Assembly (NCBI GenBank): GCA_002269645.1
Contig: NIVC01001172.1
Location: 62,001-126,000 of the forward strand
From: Macrostomum lignano
Taxonomy: Eukaryota
Reading direction: 5' to 3'
DNA: 64,000 bases
The position numbers were made by a program, and so were the translations under genes. Positions 1 to 12,445 of this stretch are shown piece by piece; positions within the stretch are counted from its first letter, which is position 1; every line of letters starts with the position of its first letter. The notes beneath the pieces were generated by a model. That model did not search any database, was not told the origin of the DNA, and saw only the letters and a program-made list of their open reading frames with translations.

Positions 1-1197
1 CTCAGGGGCGGATAAGAGTAGTTCTCAGGGGTGGGTTAGGAGCGACTTTCAAGGGTGAATTAGAATCAGATTGAGATAGGAAAATCTGATTTAGGAAAGA
101 GTTAACAGATAGAACGTGCTAATTCATCGGAAGCAATAAAAATAAGAAACGCTAGCAACAATGTCAATAATTTCATATTTCTATCGCAGACCAAAACTGC
201 GAAAAAGGATGTTTTTACTAAATTGTTATGAGAAATTTTTTATTTGATTAATTTATTAACTATTAGCCTTCCGAAATAATAACACTAATTTTAGCCATTT
301 GCACTGTCTCAATGCCGTGCTGTGTTGATTTATTAAACTGGGCCTAGATAATTCCAGCTCGACAAAGTTGTTTTGCCTTGCATTATACAGTCGGCAGTGA
401 ATGATTCCGAACACGCATTTCATTGACTCGAAAGTTCACCCCAGCGCAGCAAGAGTTTCTCGAAAAACGGTAGCCAGAAAATTGAGGTTCCGTTTGTAGC
501 GCAGAACACAAAACCGATCAGTTAGTTGTTATTACTATAGCATTTAATTAATTCCTCTAAATTTTGAAACCAACTACAAAGCAAAACTACTAAACACAAT
601 TCTGAAGCTAAAATAAATGAGACAGAAACAGTAGAGTGCAAATTCTTTTGCTTCAAACAGATTGACAGTTTTTGGTGGACTAAGATTCTGTGGGAATATT
701 ATTAGTAGAATAAATTGATAAATAAAATTATAGATAGGGGAAATGAAAACTTCTGTTTGTGAACCCCAAAGACAGACTGCCGGCGGGTAACAGAAAGTTA
801 GGAGGCTTGAGGAGGGAGAGGGGATGCAAACAAAAACGCGCACATTTCTAAGGACTACTGCTAGTATAATTAGTTTAGACAATATTATAGTTTATTATAG
901 CTATGTCCGTGTCAGTAGAAAAATTGTTGCATTTTTTGGTTCATGTTTCTCTTTTTAAGAGCCTATATTTAGCATTTAGAAATTCTCTCCTAGTCTGGTG
1001 ACAAATTAGGAGATACGAAAATAGGAGATATCATATTCGAACGCAGTTAGGAGGGGAGGCGACATTGTACTACTGTTGGTGTTATGCTAAACAATTTTTA
1101 TTAATATATTCTGTCCGACATAAGAGCCGCAGATCCTAATTGTAATCCGGGTGCCGTCAATTAATGTCCCACATCAATAAGTTCTGGTTGTTATTAT

Positions 1198-2136
1198 TTA
1201 ATTCTTGGGCTTCTTGGGCAAGCGGAAGGACACGTAGATCTCCTTGAACTTGTCGAAGCCAGCCAGCACACCGGCGCCAGCCACACCGCGGAGAATGTTG
1301 GCTCCGGCTCCCTTCATCATGCTCATGAAGCCTTCGGTCTTCACGATCTGCACGGCGCAGTCGACGCTGCCCTTGTACTTGACAGCCTGGCCACTGGTCA
1401 TCATCATACGCCTACGGATGGTGTCAACCGGGTAGGAGATCAGGCCGGCCGTGATGGTGACGGTGTAGCCAAGAACGAAGCTCAGAGCCACGCCGGCGTT
1501 CTCACCCAGCACGATGGGCTTCAGGGTGTCGTACAGGCCAAAGTAGAAGCCGCGGTAGACCATGATGCCAACGCAGGAGATGACGAAGCCGCGGTACAGG
1601 CCAACGATGCCGTCAGAGGCCAGAGTCTTTTTGTAGACGTCCAGCAGACCATTGAACTGACGCTCACCGGCACCCTTCTTAGCGGACTTGGTGTCGTTGG
1701 CCAGGCGGGTACGGGCATAGTCAAGCGAGTAGACGAAGCAGAGCGACATGGCTCCGGCGGCGCCGCCGCTGGCGATGTTCTTTCCAAAGGACACCATGTA
1801 GGAGTCAGTCTTGGACGGATTGAAGGTGGCCTTAATCTTGTCCTTGAAAGCGAAGTTAAGCGCCTGAGTTGGGAAGTACCGGATGCAGTTAGCCAGGTTG
1901 CCGCGCCAGAACGGCAGGAGGCCCTCGTTGCGGAAGGTGCGCACCGTGCAGTCGATGACGCCGGTGTATGGCTTGTCCAGACGGCCAGTCTTGATCATCT
2001 CGGCCTGGTTCTGCACCAGCAGCTTGACGCGCTCGATAGGGGCAGCGGCAGTCTTGGAGATGACTGCAGCGGCGCCAGACAGGCCAAAGTTCTCAGCGAA
2101 CGACAGATCCTTCATGTAAGCTCCACCTTCTCCCAT
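1198..2136 (-). CDS. ANT: Mitochondrial ADP/ATP carrier (adenine nucleotide translocase, SLC25 family), 312 aa, intronless
   Basis: Three mitochondrial-carrier repeats with [31 protein letters not shown] and YARTRLAND, plus the ANT signature RRRMMM. GC-rich codons. AATAAA on the minus strand at 1097-1102. Confidence 0.97.
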   Translation of the reverse strand: MGEGGAYMKDLSFAENFGLSGAAAVISKTAAAPIERVKLLVQNQAEMIKTGRLDKPYTGVIDCTVRTFRNEGLLPFWRGNLANCIRYFPTQALNFAFKDKIKATFNPSKTDSYMVSFGKNIASGGAAGAMSLCFVYSLDYARTRLANDTKSAKKGAGERQFNGLLDVYKKTLASDGIVGLYRGFVISCVGIMVYRGFYFGLYDTLKPIVLGENAGVALSFVLGYTVTITAGLISYPVDTIRRRMMMTSGQAVKYKGSVDCAVQIVKTEGFMSMMKGAGANILRGVAGAGVLAGFDKFKEIYVSFRLPKKPKN

Positions 2137-2220
2137 TGCTGCGTTTGTGTTGATTTAGCGATTAAGTTTAGAGAAAAAACGTTAAATTTAGGGCTTAGTT
2201 GTCTAGCAACGCCGTCTCTA

Positions 2221-3391
2221 AAAGGTTGAGATGTGGGAGGGATGGTAAAGTTAATAAATCATGAATATTAACAATCCTGAAAACTAAAATATGTTTTTAT
2301 AGAATGCAGTTCTAAAATGCCAAATTTTAAAAGTTAAACACTGTAGAAGCTAGAATTTTATTGAGATCATAGAATCTACAATGGGGACTATAGAATTGGG
2401 TCATAATATAATCTGTACTAATACGATATAAAAGTTTTGCATGACATGGCATCAGCATCATCAAAACCATTGAGGATCATTTAGCATCAATGTCTTGTCA
2501 TAGCTGTCCAACTATTTTCAATGCTAGATGCTATGAAACTTGCTTCTCAAGTTTGGCTCTGGTTATTGAAAAGCAATAATAAAATGGTACCCTTTCATAA
2601 AAATATAATTTACATGAAATCATTTATCATTTAGGTAAGTTAAAATCAATCTCTCAAAAATAAAAATCTAAATCTAAGTGGAAATATGCCATATTTTGGC
2701 AAATATTTGTTTAAATAGTGTTTGTTAAAATATTGTTAAACTATTGTTAAAACAAATGTGTTACTACAAATTGATTTTCTACTATAAATAGTAAAGACAA
2801 CTAATAACAGGCTCTTCGAGGCTCACCCTTGGTTTTTTGGACCATATGGGATTTTTTGGCCCTTTGAAAATCTCATTGGCAATTGGATTTTTTGCATCAG
2901 AGGCCAATTTGTATCAATATGATGGAATTGTTAGTTTGTTTTTATTTGCAGCATATATAGCAATCTTAAAGTTGAGAGAATAAATTTCTGCTTTTTAAAC
3001 ATTGCCTTGATAATATCTTAGCCTTGAAAATTTGGCTAGTTGCCAATAAGCAAACAAAAATAGCCATTGGCAATTGGATTTTGAGCCCCAAGGGCTAGCT
3101 GGCAACTGGATTTTTAACCTTAAAAAACCAAAGGTTTATCTTGGAAAATTCATGTAGTAACATGTTTTTATTTCTAGAAAAACAATTTCGAAACATTCTA
3201 TATTGGATATAGCACTATAAGCAATGCTAAAAACAAATTTGTCATTTTGTGACACTTAACAACCTGCAATACATCTTTGTAAGATGTTAATAATATCATA
3301 TAATGTTATAAAAAAATAATTAATGCAAAAAACTAAACTTATACCTTTTAAGCCAATATACACTAGATTCTAGATTTTTTAACATATGTAA

Positions 3392-3423
<32 letters not shown>

Positions 3424-5300
3424 CCCCTAGGTTGAGATGGTTTCTTATTTTTAAATCTTATATATTTGCATATATTTATTTAAAGGCTAAGAAAATTAAG
3501 CTAAGCTTGAAACAAGCACTTGCATACATTGAAATTGAAAATTTGAAATTATTAATAAAGAAAAGTGTTTTATTATTCTTTCTTTAAAGTTTGTTTGCAC
3601 ATTCTTTTGTTAACAACATACATGGTCATTTTTTGTTACCAATGTATTTTTGTTATTTCAATGTATTACAATGTAATTTCATTGGTAACAAAAAATGACC
3701 ATGTACGTTGTTAACAAAAGAATGTGCAAACAAACTTTAAAGAAAGAATAATAAAACACATGCATATCTATATGTGTTTAATTTGTTTAAAGTGTTTTAA
3801 TTGATATCTATTTTAAGAATCAATACATATCAATATCAATAGATATTAGATATCTTAGATTTCTGGATGAGTCAGATACATATACCAAGACATCCTGTAA
3901 TTGACCAAATATTATGTATAGCCTATATTATGTACATTAAAATCTTTGATCTAGTTAGCGAATAACAACTTAAAATTATAGAATCTACTTTTTTCTTTAT
4001 TAATAATTTCAAATTTTCAATTTCAATGTATGCAAGTGCTTGTTTCAAGCTTAGCTTAATTTTCTTAGCCTTTATATTTTTCACAAAGTTTATACATAGG
4101 TTTAAACAAATTATAGTATAGTTAAACTAGAAAGTTTAACCATATGTAGCAATAAGATATTTGAGATGTAAATTATTAAATTAATTATTGCAAAACTTAA
4201 TTATCATAAAAATAAAATGTTGAGAGTCATAAATCATAAATGAGTCATAAAGACTAAAGTGGGTATTACCAAAAAAGCTATTACTAAAGTGGATTATATT
4301 CTTATTCTATATACTACTAACAAGGAATGCAAGCGCTACAAATAGGCTACAAGCAAGGTTTTTTATGCAAAAAGGGTGTAATTTATACCCTGAAATTTGG
4401 ATTTGTACTTATTATTTAGTACTAGATACAACTTGTATATCTGCATTTTTATATCAAGATATGTGCAAGTCATTTTTTAGCAAAAGTTACAAACAAAACA
4501 TCCTGTATAAATATATTGTTTCAATACTTTTTTTAATCTTCAAGACTTCATTAAATACTTTCCTTAAATTTAGACCTAGATGCAAAGTTGCATCTTGGTT
4601 TTCATATTTTCATCTATTTTTAAGCTTAAAATGCAAGCTTGCATCTACATTTTTAGAAAAAAACCCTAGCCATGAGGCCCCTATTGCAACCCCAGAGGCC
4701 TAACCTAACTTTGCTTTATTTTGTTCTAGGCCTAGGCCTATGCCCTATTCAAGCCACTAAATTCTATAGGCCTAAGCTATCTTCCCTAGCTGCCTAAATG
4801 CATTTAGCTGTATCTGTATCAGTGTATTTTAAGGCTAAGCTTGAGTTAAGGTTTGCTTGCATGCTTGACATGGCACTCAAATCTTTTTTAGATTCACCCC
4901 AAAATTGCAAAAATAGGCCAAACAAACATGGCTTAATACAACATATTTTAGCATATTTTGACAAGATAGCCATATGCCTAGAGGCAAAGCCCCTTCTAGC
5001 ATCTATGGGGCCTAAATAGATCTTAAATTCTTAATGAAAACACTTTAATGTATTAAGAGCTGTTTTTAAATTTATTAATTATGAAAAACCCCAAATAACA
5101 GCCAAAGTAATAAATAAGACTAACACTAGACTAGAGCAGTCAAAACATTTTTACAGTATATTACTATACCTAGGCAATAAAAATAAATGTCTTTTAGGAA
5201 ATTTTAGGAAATGTTGTAACTTATAGCATCTGTTTATGAAAAAATATAACATAAACATCAATAACTCACCTTTTAATCCAGAATCAGTAAAGAATGCCAA
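2221..5300. mobile_element. AT-rich, CpG-depleted block; probable decayed repeat or transposon remnant
   Basis: Only 6 CpG counted in about 3.08 kb. Contains a (TA)n tract at about 3385-3416 and nested inverted repeats at 3481-4074. No ORF of note. Confidence 0.4.
3481..4074. repeat. Nested inverted repeats A-B-loop-B'-C-A'
   Basis: 3481-3564 is the exact reverse complement of 3991-4074 (84 bp). 3565-3644 is the reverse complement of 3680-3759 (80 bp, 1 mismatch). Confidence 0.9.
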
Positions 5301-6229
5301 GTTGCGAAGTGAAGTGAGAGGAACACGTAACACCCGGAATAACAAAAAACATGGGCCAAGTGCTTATTAGTATATTGCATTAAATAGCGTTAACATGTTG
5401 TAATAAACCATTCTGTAAGATTTTTAATTTTTTGTGGCTTTTTTAATAACAGAATTTAACCACGAAAACAAATTTTTGACAGAAATTCAAATTTTTAATG
5501 TTATATAATTCCGTGGATATTATTAATAAACAATGTGAAGAATTGCAACATGTACGTTATTTATTATTTAGTTTTTGCGAAAGCTAGAAAAATTATAAGA
5601 AGCACCAATAAATTCAGCAATCGGTGACTTCAACTTTAGCTACTCTCTTTGTAGAAAAAGCTTAGCAAAGCTTTAGAAAGTGTCACTTTTTAAAAGCCGT
5701 TTTGGCACTAAAACAAAAGATTCGGTCACCTTGATAAATGTTAAGCAAAATTAGTTTCAACGTGTTTTGTAGTACATTTTTCACTTTTAAAGCAGATTCA
5801 ACAGTCATAGGCGCAGTTTTCGCTACTTTTAAGGTCATAAATCATTGCTTATGACCTGGTTTGACAGCCACCTGCGCCCACTCAGTGTTGAGACTGGCGC
5901 CAGATGGTCTGAGAAGATGCGGGCGGTAGCTTTTTTCTCATCATTTTTGACGAGCCATCAGATTTATGAGGTCAGGGTCTACTGTTCGTGTTCACTCAAG
6001 CGTGCGACAGCTTTGACAGCTATGCGTTTTACCCCTAAAAGTTACTTTGGAATTAGCGATTATCGATTTCTCTTTACCATCTTCACTTTCTATTTAATGA
6101 GATCTTTCTAAAGATTTGTTTTCATTAATTTTTGTAATTCCCACGCGAAAGGTCATAAATCATAATGTAGCGATTTTGAGTGAGTTATGACCGCACCTTA
6201 TGGCCCCGAGGGAACTGATCGGATCTTTT

Positions 6230-7560
6230 GGTCACGTAAGTTTGGGTGGCAATAAGCTCAGCAAATCAGAAAATTCGACGTCAGTTATAACAATCGGCTC
6301 AGCCAATCAGCATCGAGGTGTTTCATTATAACAAATTGCGGTCCAGTTGTTGCGGCAATATAAACCGATGTTTTTGGCCCGTTCGGACTCAACCTTATTT
6401 TGGCGCCTCGGAAACTCCTTCTGACTCCCGGGACTCGACCTATTCCGGAGTCACGACTGTCGTCTCTTGATCCCCGGATTGCGATTCATCAGATCATCAC
6501 CTGCTAGCTATCAGCAAAGACTATGTGATATCATCCCGGGCCTACAGCTACGAAGCACTGAGCCGATTCGGTCGCTGTGGATTACCTGGTCTCCGGCTGT
6601 GAGTTTCTGATTGGTTGGGTGAGAGCTACCTGGACTTGCTTGATTGGGTGATTCCTTATCTGTCCCCTATTTCAGTGGCTGGATTAGGCGCACACTTTTG
6701 CTCAATTTGCTCAGCAGTGCTGTTATTGAGGCAGTCATTCAATAATACTGTTAGTAGTCTGATACTCCAATTCAATCTGAAGTGTGAAGTGATTCAGTGA
6801 GAAGGTTAAATCTGACAGTTATTTTATCGGTTTTATTTCTTTGTTCGCCGATGGCTCAGAGGGGTAGCTAAGCTGGTAGGCGCCGGTCACTGTGGACTGG
6901 CAAAACAGTTCTCAGTCGATCAATCTATCAAATCAGTTAGCAAAATTGCCAATAGTGCAAAATCGGCGCTAGAGATGTACTCATGTGCATGTGCACTCTC
7001 TAGAATCGCCAAGCGGCTCGGGTAATGAATCATGCGGTTTCTGATGTTCGAGTTAGTCTATCATCAGCGCTACGAGAGGCTGGTTGGCGCGTTGAAGGCC
7101 AAAAGTACAATTCCTCGTATTTAGCAATGTAATAGTACATGTAACTACCCCATAGTCTCGCCTCTGCAAGAATCCCCTGTACAAGTCCCCTCTGTACCTG
7201 CATGGCCAATGCGATCGAGTCCCAGCAGTGTCCCTTAACATCGGCTATGACTTCGAGATAGACAGCAAAAAGACACTAGTTGGCAGGTAAGTGCAAAGCC
7301 CCTTCTAGTCGGAAGCCCGATTTCGAGAGTCCCGGTGTGGTGAGCCAGGGCGCACGGGCTGGTGGCAGCAAGTTAGTTGATCTGCGGATTAGCTAATTTC
7401 TACTTTCAAAATTCTCCCTGCTCGTCTCTCGCTGTCCCTCTCTTAGCTATAGGACCTAGACTGCTCGCCACAGGATCAAGCTACCATGGGCCTGACCATC
7501 TGACAGGAGTGGGGGGCCAGGACTCTAATTGATTTATTTCTGAGACCTGAGGCCCGAAGG
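6230..7560 (+). promoter_or_regulatory. Orphan Pol II promoter-like module (possible solo LTR or TE leader)
   Basis: CCAATCAG at about 6303, TATA-like AATATAAA at about 6357, splice-donor-like GTGAGT at about 6599 and a G-rich tract at about 7505. No associated ORF. Confidence 0.3.
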
Positions 7561-8089
7561 CTTTCTCTCCAAAAAGCCCGAAAAGGCCGAAATCCATCAT
7601 GTATCAATTACAGGAAATTGAGCGAATTTAAAATCATTTGTCTACGATTTTCAAACGATTGTAGCTCGCGACTAAGTGGAATACGTCATTATTAGCACAT
7701 TGTGTCCGTTACCGACTGAGCAAAACACTTTTTTGAAAACGAATTGAAACGAAGCAGTCAAATCATGCTTATAGTAACCAAGAGATATACACCATTTTAC
7801 ATCAAATTTTGAACAAATTCGAACTCAATTCAGACATTCACCATTGAGAATTCGGGTAGAGTTGAGAAGCTAAGCTAAGGAGGGGGGCTAAGCGTCTAGT
7901 TCTAAGTACAGTATGCTCGTATTGCAGCATTCTCTCAGAGCAGCTCGGCGGGTAAACGCGAATGACTCCTGGTTCGATTCCGTCCACGGCCACAATTTAT
8001 AAATAATTAATTAAAAATGCCAATAGAAGTACAGATTTAGCGGATTTAAAAGTACAGAATAGCGTAGAGCTTAGAAAACTTGCTAACAG

Positions 8090-8307
8090 AAACCTCGCTG
8101 CGGGAAAACCTCACTGCGGGAAAACCTCACTGCGGGAAAACCTCACTGCGGGAAAACCTCACTGCGAGAAAACCTCGCTGCGGGAAAACCTCACTGCGGG
8201 AAAACCTCGCTGCGGGAAAACCTCACTGCGGGAAAACCTCACTGCGGGAAAACCTCACTGCGGGAAAACCTCGCTGCGGGAAAACCTCGCGCGGGAAAAC
8301 CTCCTGC
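8090..8307. repeat. 16-bp minisatellite (GCGGGAAAACCTCACT)n, about 13 copies
   Basis: Direct inspection. Confidence 0.95.
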
Positions 8308-9574
8308 AGGAAATTCTCGTGCTCCCGTTTTGTATGCTAATTTGTATGTAACTTGTATTGTTCTACTGTTAGTAGCAAGGGATGCTATAATTACTTTGGA
8401 AAACCATTTTGTAAAAAATGACAGATAAAAATAAATTCTCCAATTAATATTTTTTGCGAGACCAAACAAATTTTCGCCTTCCGAAACGTGATAATACATG
8501 TATAACGATTAACAGCGTAAAACTATGTATATAGTGTTTCGATTATAACAACGGAAATTGTTTACAAAAGTTTGTAAATTTGTGCTAATTATAGAACTCC
8601 TTGTTCTGTATAAATAAGTAAAGGCTTTTCGCCAAAGACAGTCGCAACGGGCAACCACCAACAGCAACATTTTAAAGGACTTGCGAGTAGCGTCCTCTTT
8701 ATATTGTTAATGGCCCTGAATGGAATTGTGCAAAGAAAAATAACTACGAGAGTCTAGAATGCTCCCACGTGACCATCATGAGACTATATAATGAAAAAAT
8801 ATAAAGAAAAAAACGTCAGTCAGTCAACGCTTATTTGCCCCTGTCAATGTCAGCAGCAGTCAAAAAGTCAATCATTCATGATATATTATAAGACCGCATT
8901 GTATACCATAGCCTCTATAGAGTCCCTTGCTGGGTGTGTGTCAGCAGTTCAACTTTATATACGCAATGACTAAAGCAATGGAATCTAGGGGCCTGAGTCT
9001 CAATCCTTCAGCTGCACCCAACTAACTCAAATAATCCTAACCCCCACCCCCCTTATAGTGTTTGCTGACGCGCTGGGATCCGCAAGGCCTTTTGTGAGCC
9101 TCTTGCGTCAAGACCTGCCCCAAGCATCCACCGCGCCACACAGCGCACGCTAACTGAGCAAAACAGACCCTGATAACTCCAGGCTCCACACCTGCATAAA
9201 CCAATGACGGACATCAAAAAACTGGTTACAGAGGCGGCGGACACTCTTGTTCCGACAAAGACCAACCCCCAGCTGCGAAGATTTCAATCAATCACTATAC
9301 AGGCGGCACACGGTGACATGTTGTTACTTAAATAGCTTGTCATTTATATGAAACCCTCGATTGTGTTTAGATCGCAAAAATAGCATTTTTTTATTCGGCG
9401 CGAAAATTTCTGATGCGACATATTTTCATTGTGAAGCTGCACTGGCTCTTTGGTGCAAGTTTAACTTAGGGAGTAAAACTGACCGTCTGTCACCTGCCCC
9501 TGCTATCTGCTAACTGCTATTCCATATCCCTCTCGTTTTCACCATTTTAATCTCATCTTCTCTCATCTTTCTTG

Positions 9575-10000
9575 CTCACCCCTCTCCCTCTCACCCCTCT
9601 CCCTCTCACCCTTTTCCCTCTCACCCCTCTCCCCCTCACCCCTCTCCCCTCACCCCTCTCCCTCTCACCCCTCTCCCTCTCACCCCTCTCCCTCTCACCC
9701 CTCTCCCTCTCACCCTCTCGCTCTCACCCATCTCCCTCTCACCCCTCTCCCTCTCACCCCTCTCCCTCTCACCCCTCTCCCTCTCACCCCTCTCCCTCTC
9801 ACACTTCTCCTTCTCACCCCTCTCCCTCTCATCCCTCTCCCTCTCACCCCCTCCCTCTCACCCCTCTTACTTCACCCCTCTCCCTCTCACCCTTCTCCTT
9901 CTCACCCCTCTCCCTTCCCCTCTCACCATTCTCCTTCTCACCCCTCTCCCTTCCCCTCTCACCATTCTCCTTCTCACCTCTTTCCCTCTTCTCACCCTCT
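9575..10000. repeat. Pyrimidine-rich ~15-bp satellite (CCCCTCTCCCTCTCA)n
   Basis: Direct inspection. A reverse-complement copy of the same unit lies at 12052-12445. Confidence 0.95.
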
Positions 10001-10619
10001 CTTTAACCTGAAACACAGCTCAGCCACCTCACCGCATTAGAAAAAGAGGATTTGAGACAGAGATTCGGTACTCAAGCTGATTCTCATTCAGGGGTCTCTC
10101 TACTGTCATCCCCCTCTCTCATACACTCACCTCCCCTCGTCCCTTACCCTCATCCCTCAACTCCGATAAAAGTTGCTCCTATTTTGATTTATTGCAGCCC
10201 GTGCAAGAGGAGTAGCTGTGCGACACCTTAAAAACTCGATAGTGGAACCCCCTCCCCCCAGAAAATGGATGCGAGCATATTTTAATTCCCCTGGGGAGTC
10301 TGCGCGACCCGGCTGAGCAACCTGTTGACTTTTTAATAGCAGCAGCTTGCGGGCTCTATAGAACGAGTTTTTGGGATGCCTCAGACTCGATCTCCAATGG
10401 ATCGAGCTGTCGGGACAAAGATTGAAGCTTTCTATATTATGAGCTACCACTCAGATGCTAGCTAGGGGGAGTGAAAATAGATCAATTAGACAAATTAAGT
10501 CTTTGTTGCAAATTTTAACTCTGATAAAAGCGCTATAACTTATTCTGTATTAGCGGCATCAGCTATGCATCATAAATAATTGACGGAAACCATGCAGCGT
10601 TCTCCTTAGAGATTTGTAG

Positions 10620-11660
10620 ATGGATGATGGAGAGAGTGAGAGAAGGAGAGGGGCGAGAAGGAGATGATAAGAAGATGATGATGAGGGAGAGGATGAGGGA
10701 GAGGATGAGGGAGATGATGAGGGAGAAAATGAGGGAGAAGATGAGGAATAGGAAGAGGGAGAGTATGAGGGAGTGGATGAAAGGGAGAGTTAGAGGGAGA
10801 TGATGGGGGAGAGGAAGAGGGAGATGATGAGGTACAGGGGGGGGACAGGGGGGACATGTCCCCCCCAGTAAAAGCTCTGGGGGGGACATGCCAATGCTTT
10901 GTCCCCCCCACCCCACCTTGTGGCCCGTTGTGGAAATCAATAATTTTGCTGTATGGCGACAAAACATAGCGCCTGCGGCGCTAAAATGAGTGCTCTGGCG
11001 CTAAAATGAGTGCTCTGGCGCTAAAATGAGTGCTCTGGCGCTAAAATGAGTGCCCGCGGCGCTAAAATGAGTGCCTGCGGCGCTAAAATGAGTGCCTGCG
11101 GCGCTAAAATGAGTGCCTGCGGCGCTAAAATGAGTGCCCGCGGCGCTAAAATGAGTGCCTGCGGCGCTAAAATGATTGCTGACAACACCGATTCTGAAAA
11201 GAATGTACCAGTACATGTAGGAATTTAGTCATGTACATGTTGAATTCTTGGCTTTGTCCCCCCCACCATAAAATCCATGGCGACGCCCCTGATGAGGTAG
11301 GTAGTGGATGAAAGGGAGAGTATGAGGGAGTGGATGAAAGGGAGAGGATGAGGGAGTGGATGAAAGGGAGAGGATGAGGGAGTGGATGAAAGGGAGAGTA
11401 TGAGGGAGTGGATGAAAGGGAGAGGATGAGGGAGTGGATGAAAGGGAGAGGATGAGGGAGTGGATGAAAGGGAGAGGATGAGGGAGTGGATGAAAGGGAG
11501 AGGATGAGGGAGTGGATGAAAGGGAGAGGATGAGGGAGTGGATGAAAGGGAGAGTATGAGGGAGTGGATGAAAGGGAGAGGATGAGGGAGTGGATGAAAG
11601 GGAGAGGATGAGGGAGTGGATGAAAGGGAGAGGATGAGGGAGTGGATGAAAGGGAGAGGT
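10620..11660. repeat. Purine-rich satellite (26-bp ATGAGGGAGTGGATGAAAGGGAGAGG in its regular part), interrupted by a hAT-like insertion
   Basis: Degenerate units at 10620-10834 and regular 26-bp units at 11300-11660. Confidence 0.9.
10835..11291. mobile_element. Non-autonomous hAT-type DNA transposon (MITE-like), 457 bp
   Basis: Ends CAGGGG...CCCCTG. Identical 8-bp TSD ATGAGGTA at 10827-10834 and 11292-11299. Subterminal GGGGGGACA/TGTCCCCCC motifs. Internal 20-21-bp tandem repeat (GCGCTAAAATGAGTGCCTGCG) at about 10970-11175. Confidence 0.85.
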
Positions 11661-12051
11661 GTCGCGGGTGAGGAGGCGATTGAAACACCGAGAAACTGCT
11701 GTAAGAGTTCTTTAGAGGTGGCAGCTGCTGCCCTACAATACACTGGCGCATGCGAGATACCTCAAACTTTATTCAGCGTTTGTTTAACCCTGGCCACACC
11801 GGAACTCAAGCTGTTTCGCAAGCAGAAGACAGGCAAGCTGCTTCAAAATTGATCAATCTTAGCTCTGTCGTGAGTCACGCGAATTAAAGGCGTGTCACAA
11901 TCGAATCACGTGATTATCTATAGCTTTGAAATATGGCTTGCAGATTGTACGCTAGTACTTATCTTGAATTCATGTATCATACTTAGAAAAAGGAGGCTTT
12001 CAATACTAATAAATTAAGTTACAATTTGTTTATGACAGTGGGAAGGGTTAT

Positions 12052-12445
12052 AGGGAGAGGGGTGAGAGGGAGAGGTGTGAGAGGGAGAGGGGTGAGAGGG
12101 AGAGGGCTGAGAGGGAGAGGGGTGAGAGGAGAGGGACAGGGGTGAGAGGGAGAGGGATGAGAGGGAGGGGGTGAGAGGGAGAGGGGTGAGAGGGAGAGGG
12201 ATGAGAGGGAGAGGGGTGAGAGGGAGAGGGGTGAGAGGGAGAGGGGTGAGAGGGAGAGGGGTGAGAGGGAGAGGGGTGAGAGGGAGAGGGCTGAGAGGGA
12301 GAGGGGTGAGAGGAGAGGGACAGGGGTGAGAGGGAGAGGGATGAGAGGGAGGGGGTGAGAGGGAGAGGGGTGAGAGGGAGAGGGGTGAGAGGGAGAGGAT
12401 GAGAGGGAGGGGGTGAGAGGGAGGGTGAGAGGGAGAACTAAGGGT
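12052..12445. repeat. Purine-rich 15-bp satellite (GAGAGGGAGAGGGGT)n
   Basis: Direct inspection. Inverted relative to 9575-10000. Dense G3/G4 tracts. Confidence 0.95.

Noticed and set aside
574-882. 102-aa hydrophobic ORF suggesting a membrane or mitochondrial protein
   Set aside because: AT-rich composition explains the F/I/L bias, and no recognisable motif was found.
3417-5015. Possible TIR pair TAGGCCCC/GGGGCCTA next to the (TA)n tract
   Set aside because: Only 8 bp match, there is no convincing TSD, and similar motifs recur internally.
6399-6410. TGGCGCC as a tRNA-Lys primer-binding site of an LTR element
   Set aside because: Only 7 nt match, and no paired LTR or gag/pol sequence was found.
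7930-8000. tRNA-like T-loop GGTTCGATTCC
   Set aside because: No cloverleaf or matching A box; treated as a SINE remnant at most.
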